NCBI GenBank assembly: GCA_963665125.2
Contig: CAXXUK010000002.1
Coordinates: forward strand, 352,001-416,000
DNA length: 64,000 bases
Reading direction: 5' to 3'
Origin: an uncultured Desulfarculus sp.
GTDB lineage: Bacteria; Desulfobacterota; Desulfarculia; Desulfarculales; Desulfarculaceae
A program made the position numbers and the translations under genes. Below are positions 10,432-19,509 of this stretch, in pieces (position 1 is the stretch's first letter; every line of letters starts with the position of its first letter). A model generated the notes under the pieces. That model ran no database searches. It saw only the letters and a program-made list of their open reading frames with translations, and was not told where the DNA came from.

Positions 10432-11303
10432 AAGAGCCGCTGAAGCTGGGAGTGCCCAAGGGAAGCCTGCAAGACGCCACGGTGCGCCTGTTCGCCAAGG
10501 CCGGCTGGAAGATCAACGTCAACGGCCGCAGCTATTTCCCCGAGATCGACGACCCGGATATCGTCTGCTCGCTGTGCCGGGCCCAGGAAATGAGCCGCTA
10601 TGTTGAAAACGGCACCCTGGACGCCGGCATCACCGGCCGCGACTGGATCCTGGAAAACGAATCAGACGTGCATTATGTCCAGGAGCTGATCTACTCCAAG
10701 GTTTCCTCCCGCCCGGCCCGCTGGGTCCTGGCCGTTGCCGCCGACTCGGGCATCGAGACCGAGGCCGATCTGGCCGGTAAGCGTGTGGCCACCGAGATGG
10801 TCCACTTCACGGAAAAATATTTCGCCGAGCGCAATATTCCTGTGACCGTGCATTTTTCCTGGGGCGCCACCGAGGCCAAGGTCGTCAACGGCCTGGCCGA
10901 CGCCATTGTCGAGGTCACCGAGACCGGCTCGACCATCAAGGCCCACGGCCTTAAGATCATCAATGAGCTGATGCAGTCCACCACCCAGCTCATCGCCAAC
11001 CACGACGCCTGGGTCAACGAGGAAAAGAAAAGGAAGATCGAACAGATCTCCATGCTCCTCAAGGCCGCCCTGGAGGCCGAAAAGCTGGTGGGCCTGAAGA
11101 TGAACGTGCCCAAGATCAAGTGCCAGGACTTGGTCGACGCCCTGCCCAGCCTCAATGCCCCCACCGTGGCCCCGCTTTACAACAGCGACTGGTTCGCCGT
11201 GGAGACCATTGTCAAGGAATCGCAGGTGCGCGATCTCATCCCCGTGCTCATCGAAAGAGGCGCCGAGGGAATCATTGAGTATTCCTTGAACAAAGTTATC
11301 TGA
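10428..11303 (+). CDS. hisG: ATP phosphoribosyltransferase (long form)
   Basis: [30 protein letters not shown] motifs; 4-nt overlap with hisI. Confidence 0.95.
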   Translation: MKEPLKLGVPKGSLQDATVRLFAKAGWKINVNGRSYFPEIDDPDIVCSLCRAQEMSRYVENGTLDAGITGRDWILENESDVHYVQELIYSKVSSRPARWVLAVAADSGIETEADLAGKRVATEMVHFTEKYFAERNIPVTVHFSWGATEAKVVNGLADAIVEVTETGSTIKAHGLKIINELMQSTTQLIANHDAWVNEEKKRKIEQISMLLKAALEAEKLVGLKMNVPKIKCQDLVDALPSLNAPTVAPLYNSDWFAVETIVKESQVRDLIPVLIERGAEGIIEYSLNKVI

Positions 11304-11412
11304 TTACCCACGGGGAAGCCCTTGCCGGGGCTTGCTTCAAAAAATCTCGGCGCGCCATCTCCGTGGCGCGCCGTCAATTTATGGGCCGATGCGCCCTTTT
11401 GGGAGTTGATGT

Positions 11413-12591
11413 ATGGGCATAAGCAGCCGCGCCAAGGACGTGCCGCCGTTCATCGTCATGGACGTTTTGGAGCGGGCCCAGGCCTTGCAGGCCCAGGGCC
11501 GCGACATCATCCACCTGGAGGTGGGCGAGCCGGATTTCGACACGCCCCAGGTGATAAAGCAGGCCGCCATCAAGGCCATGGAAGACGGCCACACCCACTA
11601 TACCCACTCCCTGGGCCTGCTGGAGCTGCGCGAGGCCATTGCCGCGCACTACAACAAGCGCTACGGCGTGAATGTGGACCCCGGCCGCATAATGGTGACC
11701 AGCGGCACCAGCCCGGGCATGCTCCTGATGTTTTCGGCCCTGGTGGAGCACGGCGCGGGCCACGAGGTGATCATCAGCGATCCGGGCTATGCCTGCTATT
11801 CCAACTTCATCGAATTCGTGGGCGGCACGGTGGCCCCGGTGAAGGTGGCCGAGGAAGACGCCTTCCAATACCGGCCCGAGGCCATCGCCAAGGCCATGAA
11901 CGACAAGACGCGGGCCATTGTGATCAACTCGCCGGCCAACCCCACGGGCCAGCTCTTGAGCGCCGAGCGCATGAAGGCCATCGCCGAGCTGGCTCCGGGC
12001 AATGTGGGCGGGCCCTATATCGTCAGCGACGAGATCTACCACGGCCTGGTCTACGAGGGCAAAGAACACAGCATCCTGGAGTTCACCGACAACGCCTTTG
12101 TCCTGGGCGGCTTCAGCAAGCTGCACGCCATGACCGGCTGGCGGCTGGGCTACCTCATCGCACCGGAGCACTATGTGCGGCCCCTGCAGAAGATGCACCA
12201 GAACTTCGCCATCTGCGCGCCCAGCGTGGCCCAATGGGCGGGCATCGCCGCCCTGACCAAGGCCGACGACGATATCAAGGTGATGGTGGACACCTACGCC
12301 AAGCGGCGCAAGGCCATGGTGGCCGGGCTGCGGGATCTGGGCTTTTCCATTCCCCACGAGCCGTTTGGTGCGTTCTACGTGCTCACCCGCTGCGACCACC
12401 TGAACCCGGACGACTATGAGCTGGCCTTCCATATTCTGGAAAACGCCGGAGTGGCCGTGACGCCGGGGCGGGATTTCGGGCCGGGGGCCTATGGCTATCT
12501 GCGCTTCAGCTACGCCAACAGTCTGGAGAATATCCAGCGGGCCATGGTCCGGTTGCGGGAATACCTGGACAAGTTCCACCCCAATCGCTAG
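11413..12591 (+). CDS. PLP-dependent class I/II aminotransferase (aspartate aminotransferase-like)
   Basis: GEPDF, NSPANPTG, SDEIY, FSKLHAMTGWRLG motifs. Confidence 0.92.
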   Translation: MGISSRAKDVPPFIVMDVLERAQALQAQGRDIIHLEVGEPDFDTPQVIKQAAIKAMEDGHTHYTHSLGLLELREAIAAHYNKRYGVNVDPGRIMVTSGTSPGMLLMFSALVEHGAGHEVIISDPGYACYSNFIEFVGGTVAPVKVAEEDAFQYRPEAIAKAMNDKTRAIVINSPANPTGQLLSAERMKAIAELAPGNVGGPYIVSDEIYHGLVYEGKEHSILEFTDNAFVLGGFSKLHAMTGWRLGYLIAPEHYVRPLQKMHQNFAICAPSVAQWAGIAALTKADDDIKVMVDTYAKRRKAMVAGLRDLGFSIPHEPFGAFYVLTRCDHLNPDDYELAFHILENAGVAVTPGRDFGPGAYGYLRFSYANSLENIQRAMVRLREYLDKFHPNR

Positions 12592-12615
12592 GCGGCCAAA
12601 TAAAGCATAAACAAC

Positions 12616-12646
12616 GCCCGGCCTGGTTGACCCAAGCCGGGCTTTT
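12616..12646. terminator. terminator hairpin between convergent genes, copy 1 of a duplicated pair
   Basis: GCCCGGC...GCCGGGC-TTTT; near-identical copy at 13491-13521. Confidence 0.7.
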
Positions 12647-12667
12647 CAATTTTTCAATGGATCGCGC

Positions 12668-12981
12668 TTAGTCCTTGTCCCTTAAAAATTGGCAACCCAA
12701 TTCGCAACGGGTCTTGGCCCCGATATCGTCGCTATACCAACCAGCGCATTTGCCCTTGCAATAGGAAAAGGCAGATTCTTCGCCATTGCCCTAAAGGCGC
12801 GCGTCCAAATAGCTATAGCAGCCCGATTGGCCCGCAACCGATTGGCCCGAACAGGGGCTGTTCACCAGATATACGATAAAGGGATCCGCCCAAACGCGGT
12901 CCCGGCTTATGAGGCCGCCGGTGCAGTCAGGAGAACGGCCGCCACGACCAAACATGCGACAATGGACAATACAATGCGCAT
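12668..12981 (-). pseudogene. disrupted paralog of the small secreted Cys-rich protein at 13543-13851
   Basis: ATG 12981 gives signal MRIVLSIVACLVVAAVLLTAPAAS*, a frameshift near 12900-12935, then DPFIVYLVNSPCSGQSVAGQSGCYSYLDARL*(TAG 12791-12793)GNGEESAFSYCKGKCAGWYSDDIGAKTRCELGCQFLRDKD*. Confidence 0.85.
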
Positions 12982-13022
12982 AATCGGCGCCGGTTTTTAT
13001 TAATGTATTCGCGAGAATAATG

Positions 13023-13310
13023 CTACTGCTTCAACTGCGCATAGTGCACGGCCACTTGATCGCCGTACATATAGACCCGCTGCACACTGTAGCCGTTATT
13101 TCTGTAACAGCTGGGCACGTCATAGGTGATGGTGAATTCCGGGTCCGGGATGTTGCCGGTCATGCCCTGGGCGTCCAGGTCCGTGCGGATGCAAGAGTAA
13201 TCGTCGGCCCTGGCCTCCGGAACATCGGCATGGAGATAGATCAGGGCCGAGGCCGCGGCCATGCCGCAAACGAAAATGATTAGAGTGCTGACAAACTTTC
13301 TTATTTTCAT
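13023..13310 (-). CDS. small secreted/membrane-anchored hypothetical protein (95 aa), intact copy
   Basis: Hydrophobic N-terminus, two Cys; mature region nearly identical to the copy at 13939-14219. Confidence 0.8.
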   Translation of the reverse strand: MKIRKFVSTLIIFVCGMAAASALIYLHADVPEARADDYSCIRTDLDAQGMTGNIPDPEFTITYDVPSCYRNNGYSVQRVYMYGDQVAVHYAQLKQ

Positions 13311-13542
13311 TTCGCCCTCTCAGGATCATGGATTGAACGTTTTCACCAGTGAATCTTACGTCATTTGAGATGACTATAATACAATTCGGCTTTGTGGAAA
13401 GTAAATTGTGAGAACCCCGGGTTTCTGGTGGATCAGTTTGGGTCCGCCGGAGATCGCCGGGCGACGTCGGGGCTGATGACCACAAAAAACGCCCGGCCTG
13501 GTCGACCCAATCCGGGCTTTTCAGTTTTTCAATGGATCGCGC

Positions 13543-13851
13543 TTAGTCCTTGTCCCTTAAAAATTGGCAACCCAATTCGCAACGGGTCTTGTCCCCGATA
13601 TCGTGGCTATACCAACCAGCGCATTTGCCCTTGCAATTGGTCAAGGCAGTATCTTCGCTTTGGCATTGGATGCGATTCAGTAAATAGGCATAACAACCGC
13701 TTTTACTGGCATAAGCTTTGTCCGAGCAGGCCCTTTCCGCCAGGAAGTATACAAAAGAATCCGTTGCGGTTGCGACCTTGGGTGTGGCGAGCAGCAGGAC
13801 CATGGCGGCCATGGCGGCCATGGCAAATACTGCGGCAGTCTTTTTTTTCAT
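13543..13851 (-). CDS. small secreted Cys-rich hypothetical protein (102 aa), intact copy
   Basis: MKKKT signal peptide, GGAG RBS, C-terminal CKGKCAGWY-X9-CELGCQFL; two paralogs in the window. Confidence 0.8.
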   Translation of the reverse strand: MKKKTAAVFAMAAMAAMVLLLATPKVATATDSFVYFLAERACSDKAYASKSGCYAYLLNRIQCQSEDTALTNCKGKCAGWYSHDIGDKTRCELGCQFLRDKD

Positions 13852-13938
13852 GACAAGCTCCGTATTAATTGAGACTTCCCCATCCGCCGGCCGGGAACCA
13901 TACTGGTTGTCCCCGCCCTGCGTTTTTTTGAAGACGTT

Positions 13939-14219
13939 TTAGTCCTTCGCATAGTGCACTGCCACTTGATCGCCGTACATATAGACCCTCTGCACGCGAT
14001 AGCCGTTGGATCCATAGCACGAGGGAACGTCATAGGTGATGGTGAACTCCGGGTCCGGGATGTTGCCGGTCATGCCCTGGGCGTCCAGGTCCGTGCGGAT
14101 GCAGGAGTACTGGTCAGCCCTGGCCTCCGGAACATTGGCATGGAGATAGATCAGGGCTGAAGCCGCGGCCATTCCGGCCACAAAAATTAAAACGCCGCCA
14201 ATTGTTTTTTTATTTTCAT
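13939..14219 (-). pseudogene. paralog of 13023-13310, frameshifted in an A7 run after codon 3
   Basis: GGAGAG RBS plus ATG AAA ATA AAA AAA CAA... stops after 10 codons; adding one A restores MKIKKTIGGVLIFVAGM, colinear with MKIRKFVSTLIIFVCGM. Confidence 0.75.
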
Positions 14220-14586
14220 GACACTCTCCCGTATGTGCGTTGTTTATTCCCATACTCGCTGTTTTACTTCCCTGGCTCCGGCAAAGCAGCGGTCCAAGTT
14301 TGGAGTCTGGTAGCACGTCATCAAAAAGAAATATCCGACCAAACCAGAGAAACATCGACTGTATATAATTACTATACCAAGAAATATAAATAGTCGGCAT
14401 TACTTCTTGGTGTGGTGCGAAAGTGATTTACTCTGACGCCTGCCGCGGGATACTGCCCGTTTCGTGCCGGGTCAACGGAATCTTGTTGGTCGCTTTTGTA
14501 ATTAAGGGCGCGACAAAGCGATTCAGCCGCTTAGCGCCTGTCAGGCGGGCCGGGCCGTGTTATGCTAGGCCCACGGAGGCTTGTTA

Positions 14587-15180
14587 ATGGATTTCATCAT
14601 CAAGGACGCCGAGTTTCTGACGGCGGCGGTTAACGCCAAGGGCTACCCTGAGGAGGGGCCGCCGGAGATCGCCTTTGCCGGGCGTTCAAACGTGGGCAAG
14701 AGCTCGCTGATCAACTGCCTGCTGCGGCGCAAGAAACTGGTCAAGGTCTCCCAGCGGCCAGGCCGCACCCAGCAGATCAACTTTTTCGACATCAACGGCG
14801 GCGAGTTGCGCTTCACCGACCTGCCGGGCTACGGCTTTGCCAAGGTGCCGCTGTCGGTGAAAAAGGGCTGGAAGGCCATGATCGAGTCGTATCTGGAGCA
14901 CCGGCCCACGCTTAAAGCCGTAGTGGTGATCCTGGACATCCGCCGGGAGCCCAACCAGGAAGACCAGATGCTCATGGGTTGGCTGCTAAGCATCGGCATA
15001 CCCACCATAGTTGCCGTAACCAAGGCCGACAAACTCAGCAACAATCAGCAGGCCCAGCGCCTCAAGGTTTTGCGCCCGCTCTTGAAGCTCTATGACCCCA
15101 CGCCCGTGCCGTGCAGCGCCCAGACCGGACAGGGCCGCGAGGAAATCTGGCGCCGCATTCTGGAAGCTGCCGAAATATAA
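14587..15180 (+). CDS. engB: ribosome biogenesis GTP-binding protein YihA/YsxC
   Basis: EIAFAGRSNVGKSSLIN, DLPGYG, TKADK motifs. Confidence 0.95.
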   Translation: MDFIIKDAEFLTAAVNAKGYPEEGPPEIAFAGRSNVGKSSLINCLLRRKKLVKVSQRPGRTQQINFFDINGGELRFTDLPGYGFAKVPLSVKKGWKAMIESYLEHRPTLKAVVVILDIRREPNQEDQMLMGWLLSIGIPTIVAVTKADKLSNNQQAQRLKVLRPLLKLYDPTPVPCSAQTGQGREEIWRRILEAAEI

Positions 15181-15185
15181 AGCAA

Positions 15186-15698
15186 TTACGAGGCTGGGTC
15201 TTCACCCGGCGGCTGGCTGATCAGGTTGCCTTTGCCCAGGGTATTTTTTTCCGCGCAATCGGCGTCACCGCCTTTGGTGCGGATTATCAGCCAGTAACCG
15301 ATGCTCAGGGCCAGCACCACCGCCGCCGTGGCGAAGATGTAAAGCGGGCCGGTTTCCTTGAAATCCAGGATGATCACCTTTCGGGCGATGGCCATCAGGG
15401 CCGTGGCCATGACTATCTTCACATGAATCACGTCGCTGCGCAGATACAGGTAGATGTTGATGAATATCTCGATGGCGATTAGCACGGCCATGAACGCGCC
15501 GAAGGTGGCCAGGATGTCGCTGATGTTGAGGATGCCGTAGGGCTCGGTGGTCAGGCGTCTGTAGAGCACCCAGCCCACATCGGCCACGCCCCAGAGGATG
15601 ACGAACGTCATCATGACCGCCAGGATGCGCACCGCGAAGCGGATGACCTTGCGCAGTTTGCTGATCAGCGGGTCATCATAACCGTATAACTCGTCCAT
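15186..15698 (-). CDS. phosphate-starvation-inducible PsiE family membrane protein
   Basis: Four TM segments, VLIAIEIF and ALMAIARKVIILD motifs; GGAGG RBS before ATG 15698. Confidence 0.8.
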   Translation of the reverse strand: MDELYGYDDPLISKLRKVIRFAVRILAVMMTFVILWGVADVGWVLYRRLTTEPYGILNISDILATFGAFMAVLIAIEIFINIYLYLRSDVIHVKIVMATALMAIARKVIILDFKETGPLYIFATAAVVLALSIGYWLIIRTKGGDADCAEKNTLGKGNLISQPPGEDPAS

Positions 15699-15781
15699 GG
15701 CCTCCCCCGGTGATGGTGCTTTGCTACATCGTCCACTATAGCATGAAAAGTAAAGGCCCCGGAATGGGGCCCAATTGACAG

Positions 15782-16114
15782 CTAAAAAACCATTTTTTCG
15801 GGCGGGCGGCGTTCGGGCACATACTCTCGCTCGATTTTGCCGTCCAGCCAGTCCTTGTTTACGTACAGGTTGCAGTAGCAACTGCCGTATTGGGCCACAT
15901 CGGCCTCGCGGTAGGCGCAGGGGCAGATGATGTCGGCGTCGGCCTTTTTATCGCCCGAGCCCAGGCGGCAGGGGCAGCACATATAGCCGTAGCGCTCCTT
16001 GTTGGCCAGCAGTCCGGCCATGAGATCCATGACCCGCTCGTTGTCCTCGGAGAAAAAATAGCCTTTGGGCTCCTGAACCTTTTTGAGCATATCGTGGAGT
16101 TCGGCAGGTGTCAT
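15782..16114 (-). CDS. ferredoxin-thioredoxin reductase catalytic-subunit-like protein
   Basis: CPCR...CPC...CYC cluster motifs. Confidence 0.9.
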   Translation of the reverse strand: MTPAELHDMLKKVQEPKGYFFSEDNERVMDLMAGLLANKERYGYMCCPCRLGSGDKKADADIICPCAYREADVAQYGSCYCNLYVNKDWLDGKIEREYVPERRPPEKMVF

Positions 16115-16365
16115 AGGCCCAGTGCCTCCTTGATCTCTTTTTCGCGGAAGCCCACGATGACCTTGTCACCGACGACCAGGGTTGGGAACGATAACGCCGG
16201 GTTGTATTGCCGCACTTCATCGATCAACTTGCCCCGCTGGTCGGCCGGGCAGGTGTCCACTTCGTAAATGTCGTATTTGACATCGTTTTTATTGAGCAGA
16301 CTCTTGGTGCTCTTGCAATGACTACAGGTGCTCAGGGCATAGAGCTTGATCGCCTTGTCACTCAT
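16111..16365 (-). CDS. glutaredoxin family protein
   Basis: CSHC active site, SFPT cis-Pro loop, IVGF; overlaps the FTR-like gene. Confidence 0.9.
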   Translation of the reverse strand: MSDKAIKLYALSTCSHCKSTKSLLNKNDVKYDIYEVDTCPADQRGKLIDEVRQYNPALSFPTLVVGDKVIVGFREKEIKEALGL

Positions 16366-16481
16366 CTGGGCCTCGCATTTTGTTATGCCGGGCCCATGGA
16401 GGCTGCCCGGCGAAGTTTATACATAGCAATAGCATAGCATCTGTGATGGCCGGGGCAAACCAAAGCTTGTGGTGCTGTATT

Positions 16482-16997
16482 TTATTCGATGTCCGCGCCG
16501 AACACACTTTTCATGCGTTTGACGGCCGCCTGGGCGGCTTCGTCGTCAAAGTCGGCCACCGCGTCCAGGGGCACCCTGACCTTGATGCCCCGGTAGAACA
16601 GGCCGCCCACGGCCTCCATGACGCAGATATGGGTGCACACGCCCACCACCGTGGCCGATTTGATCTTGCGCTCCCGCAGGATCTTGCCCGCCTCGGTGCG
16701 GTGGAACATGTCAAAGGTCTTTTTGGGGATGATCACATCGCCGGTTTGGGGCTGCAATTCGTCGACAATGGCGGCTCCCGGCGTTCCGGCTATGGCATGG
16801 GGCGGAAAAAAGTCGAACTCGCCATCGTCGGTGTCGTGGGCGTCGCAGGCATAGATGACCACGCCGCCTTCCCGGCGCACGGCATCCATCTCGCGCTGAA
16901 TGGCCGGAATCAATTCTTCGGCTCCAGGCGTGTAGAGGGGTCCGCCAGGTTTGACAAAGTCGTTGAGCATGTCGCTGATGATCAGAGCCTGGGTCAT
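16482..16997 (-). CDS. isochorismatase/nicotinamidase family cysteine hydrolase
   Basis: DMLNDF, DAH, PPHA, K, GVCTHICV motifs. Confidence 0.88.
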   Translation of the reverse strand: MTQALIISDMLNDFVKPGGPLYTPGAEELIPAIQREMDAVRREGGVVIYACDAHDTDDGEFDFFPPHAIAGTPGAAIVDELQPQTGDVIIPKKTFDMFHRTEAGKILRERKIKSATVVGVCTHICVMEAVGGLFYRGIKVRVPLDAVADFDDEAAQAAVKRMKSVFGADIE

Positions 16998-17146
16998 GGC
17001 CGCCTCCTGTATTGCCAAGTGTAAAGGTATTGTACAACGCTGGATAATCAGCGCCAAGCGCAGCCGCTTTGCCTGAATTGCATGCTATGATATTCCTAAA
17101 TCCAGAGAAGAAAATCATTTTATGAAAAACTTTCCGGAGGGGTGAA

Positions 17147-17950
17147 ATGATACGTGAACCAGCCGTGGCCGGACGGTTTTACCCCGGCACAGCCGGTCAG
17201 TTGCAGGCCGAGGTGGACGCCATGCTGGCCGTAGATACGGTGCCCGTCGATGCCCTGTTGGCCGTGTGCCCCCATGCGGGCTATGTCTTTTCCGGGCCCA
17301 CGGCGGGCAAGGTCCTGGGCCGGGTCAACGTTCCCCGCCGGGTTTTGCTCATGGGCCCCAATCACCAGGGTGTGGGCCGGCCCGTGGCCTTGATGAGCCG
17401 TGGCCAATGGAAGACGCCCCTGGGCCTGGTGGATCTGGACGCCCGGCTGGGCGAACTGCTGCAAAAATACGGACCGTATATCGAGGAAGACGATACGGCG
17501 CATAGATTCGAGCATTCACTCGAAGTAATCGTGCCGTTTCTGCAGCGCCGCCAGCCTGAGTTGTTGCTGACTCCCATCTGCCTGATGGGCATCGGCGCCG
17601 AGGACTGTATCACCGTGGGCCGGGCCATTGCCGGGGCCGTCAAGGAGCTTGGCGAGCCGGTGCTCATCGTGGCCAGTACGGACATGAGCCATTATATATC
17701 GGCGGCCAAGGCCAAGGAGCTTGACGGCCAGGCCATCGAGCGGGTGTTGGAGCTTGACCCCATGGGCCTGTACCAGACGGTGCGGGGCCAGGGGATATCC
17801 ATGTGCGGGGTGGTGCCCACGGCCATCGGTTTGGCCGCGGCCAATGAGTTGGGCGCGCAAAAGGCCGAGTTGGTGGATTACACCCATAGCGGCAAGGTCA
17901 CCGGTGATGACAAGGAGGTGGTGGCCTACGCGGGGATGATCGTGAGTTGA
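17147..17950 (+). CDS. amrB: AmmeMemoRadiSam system protein B (MEMO1 family)
   Basis: REPAVAGRFYP, PHAGYVFSG, GPNH, EHSLEV, STDMSHY, MCG motifs. Confidence 0.92.
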   Translation: MIREPAVAGRFYPGTAGQLQAEVDAMLAVDTVPVDALLAVCPHAGYVFSGPTAGKVLGRVNVPRRVLLMGPNHQGVGRPVALMSRGQWKTPLGLVDLDARLGELLQKYGPYIEEDDTAHRFEHSLEVIVPFLQRRQPELLLTPICLMGIGAEDCITVGRAIAGAVKELGEPVLIVASTDMSHYISAAKAKELDGQAIERVLELDPMGLYQTVRGQGISMCGVVPTAIGLAAANELGAQKAELVDYTHSGKVTGDDKEVVAYAGMIVS

Positions 17951-18129
17951 GGGAGGCATGGCGGCATTGCCGTTTTGATGCCATCGGCCCATCCTTGGGC
18001 CATGGTGAAGCGCACCGGCCGGAGCAAGTTCGAAAATCAATTGAGTTTCTTTTAAGTGGCTCCCAACGGGGGCACAGGTGTTTATTGGGGTGCTGCGTTC
18101 TGCCCGAGCCTTGGGGGGCAAAGCCTTTT

Positions 18130-18200
18130 GCCTCCGGCGGCCAGAGGGGATTCTTCGCTTTTGAGCAATATCAAAAGCTCGCCATCCCCTCTGGACTCCC
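18130..18200. repeat. REP-like palindromic element
   Basis: GCCTCCGGCGG, then an 11-bp inverted repeat (CCAGAGGGGAT 18141-18151 / ATCCCCTCTGG 18184-18194) enclosing an 8-bp inner inverted repeat. Confidence 0.55.
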
Positions 18201-18674
18201 GGCTCGCAAAAATATATCTGGTCCAGCAGGTATGAAACCGGCCCGCGAGCGGATAAGCCCCGGGAGCTATTCCTTCCCTGCCCAGTCGTGGACCGAACTG
18301 CTGTTGGCCAAATTCCTTGGCTGCGTTTCGAAAACGGCGTGGGGGTGATGCCCCGTCCGTGTATCAATGGCCGATCGTGCCGAGCGGCGTACCTTTTAAC
18401 TCGCTTTGCTGCCCGACCCAAACGGCCCCATACGTACACTTTGGTTCGGCCCGCATGCCGGGTCATGGCGTAGGTTTACGGGAAACGATCGTTTCCGCCC
18501 GCCAACACGTATGGAAGAGCTACACATTCCGGCATATCCCAGGAAATCCCAGACCCAATTCGAGGCAACGTCACTCGGTCGGGGCCACTGGCGTCTGTTG
18601 GGGCAGTGAGTGCTCCCCAGCTTTGGGAGCCCAGGCCCTGGGCCCCGCTTTGGGAGCGCAAACATTGCGCTTGC

Positions 18675-18947
18675 GTTAGGCCCAGATGTAGAGGACGCTG
18701 AAACCGGCGCTTCGCCCATTCAAACCTCCGTGGCCCCATCAGAAGCGCATCGAAATAGCAACTCAGCGGCTGTACGGATAGTCTGGCCAGGACGGCCAGC
18801 CCGGCGCAGCGCGATGCGAAGCGAAGCCATGCGCCGTAAGCCCCGGATCGGACTTGTTCCGTCCGGGGCGCTGTTCCTCGGGCCAGGGATGGTCCGAGGA
18901 ACAAGAAATCAGGTTAGGCCCAGATGTAGAGGGCGCTGAAACCGGCG
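18675..18947. repeat. 35-bp direct repeat (18675-18709, 18913-18947) duplicating the 3' end of the YqaA-family gene
   Basis: GTTAGGCCCAGATGTAGAGG(A/G)CGCTGAAACCGGCG, 34/35 identical. Confidence 0.9.
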
Positions 18948-19495
18948 ATGATGATCAGAAACATGGACCACCCCACCAAACGGCCATGGGTTTCGATAAA
19001 GCGCCGGACGGAGGGGCCGAACCACCAGAACAGGGTGGAGATTCCGAAAAAGCGCAGGGCCCTGGAGACCAGGGAAACGGCCATGAACAGGCCCAGGGGC
19101 ACCGCGCCCAGGCCGCTGACAATGCTGATGACCTTGTAGGGAATGGGCGTAAGGCCGCCCACGGCAACGAAGGCGATGCCGTTTTGGGCCAGCTTTTGCT
19201 GAAAAAAGGCCATCTGGTTTTGAAAGCCGTAGAGGCCCACCAGCCAGGCGCCCACTGTCTCATAGAGAAACATGCCGATGAAATAACCCGCCAGGCCGCC
19301 GAGCACGCTGGCCGCGGTGGCCACGGCGGCCACCAGCCAGACCCGCCGCCTGTCGGCCAACATCAGGGGGATGGACACGGCCTCGATGGGTATGGGCAGG
19401 CAGGCGCTTTCGGCAAAGGAGGCCCCGGCCAGGACCCACAGGGCCCCGGGGCCCGCGGCGGCTTCCATCATCCAGCGGTAGACGCGTTCGAACAA
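18914..19495 (-). CDS. YqaA/DedA (VTT domain) membrane protein
   Basis: SFAES..PIP, ASVLGG..GYFIG, TPIPYKV, SRALRFF motifs; TTG start inferred. Confidence 0.85.
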   Translation of the reverse strand: MFERVYRWMMEAAAGPGALWVLAGASFAESACLPIPIEAVSIPLMLADRRRVWLVAAVATAASVLGGLAGYFIGMFLYETVGAWLVGLYGFQNQMAFFQQKLAQNGIAFVAVGGLTPIPYKVISIVSGLGAVPLGLFMAVSLVSRALRFFGISTLFWWFGPSVRRFIETHGRLVGWSMFLIIIAGFSALYIWA

Positions 19496-19509
19496 GGGGC
19501 TGGGTCCCG

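Larger units (their letters stand above)
12613..13637. repeat. 150-bp direct repeat (12613-12762 and 13488-13637): terminator plus 3' end of the Cys-rich gene
   Basis: Manual alignment, 5 mismatches in 150 nt, offset 875. Confidence 0.9.

Noticed and set aside
13801..13825. CATGGCGGC short tandem repeat
   Set aside because: In-frame 9-bp unit encoding MAAMAAM in a signal peptide; no frame effect
12613..14219. Possible CRISPR array, DGR template/variable repeat or integron attC array
   Set aside because: Repeats are gene-sized and occur only twice; mismatches are not adenine-specific; no reverse transcriptase, cas or integrase gene and no attC core sites seen
15782..16365. FTR-like plus glutaredoxin pair as a novel system
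   Set aside because: Known, common arrangement in anaerobes
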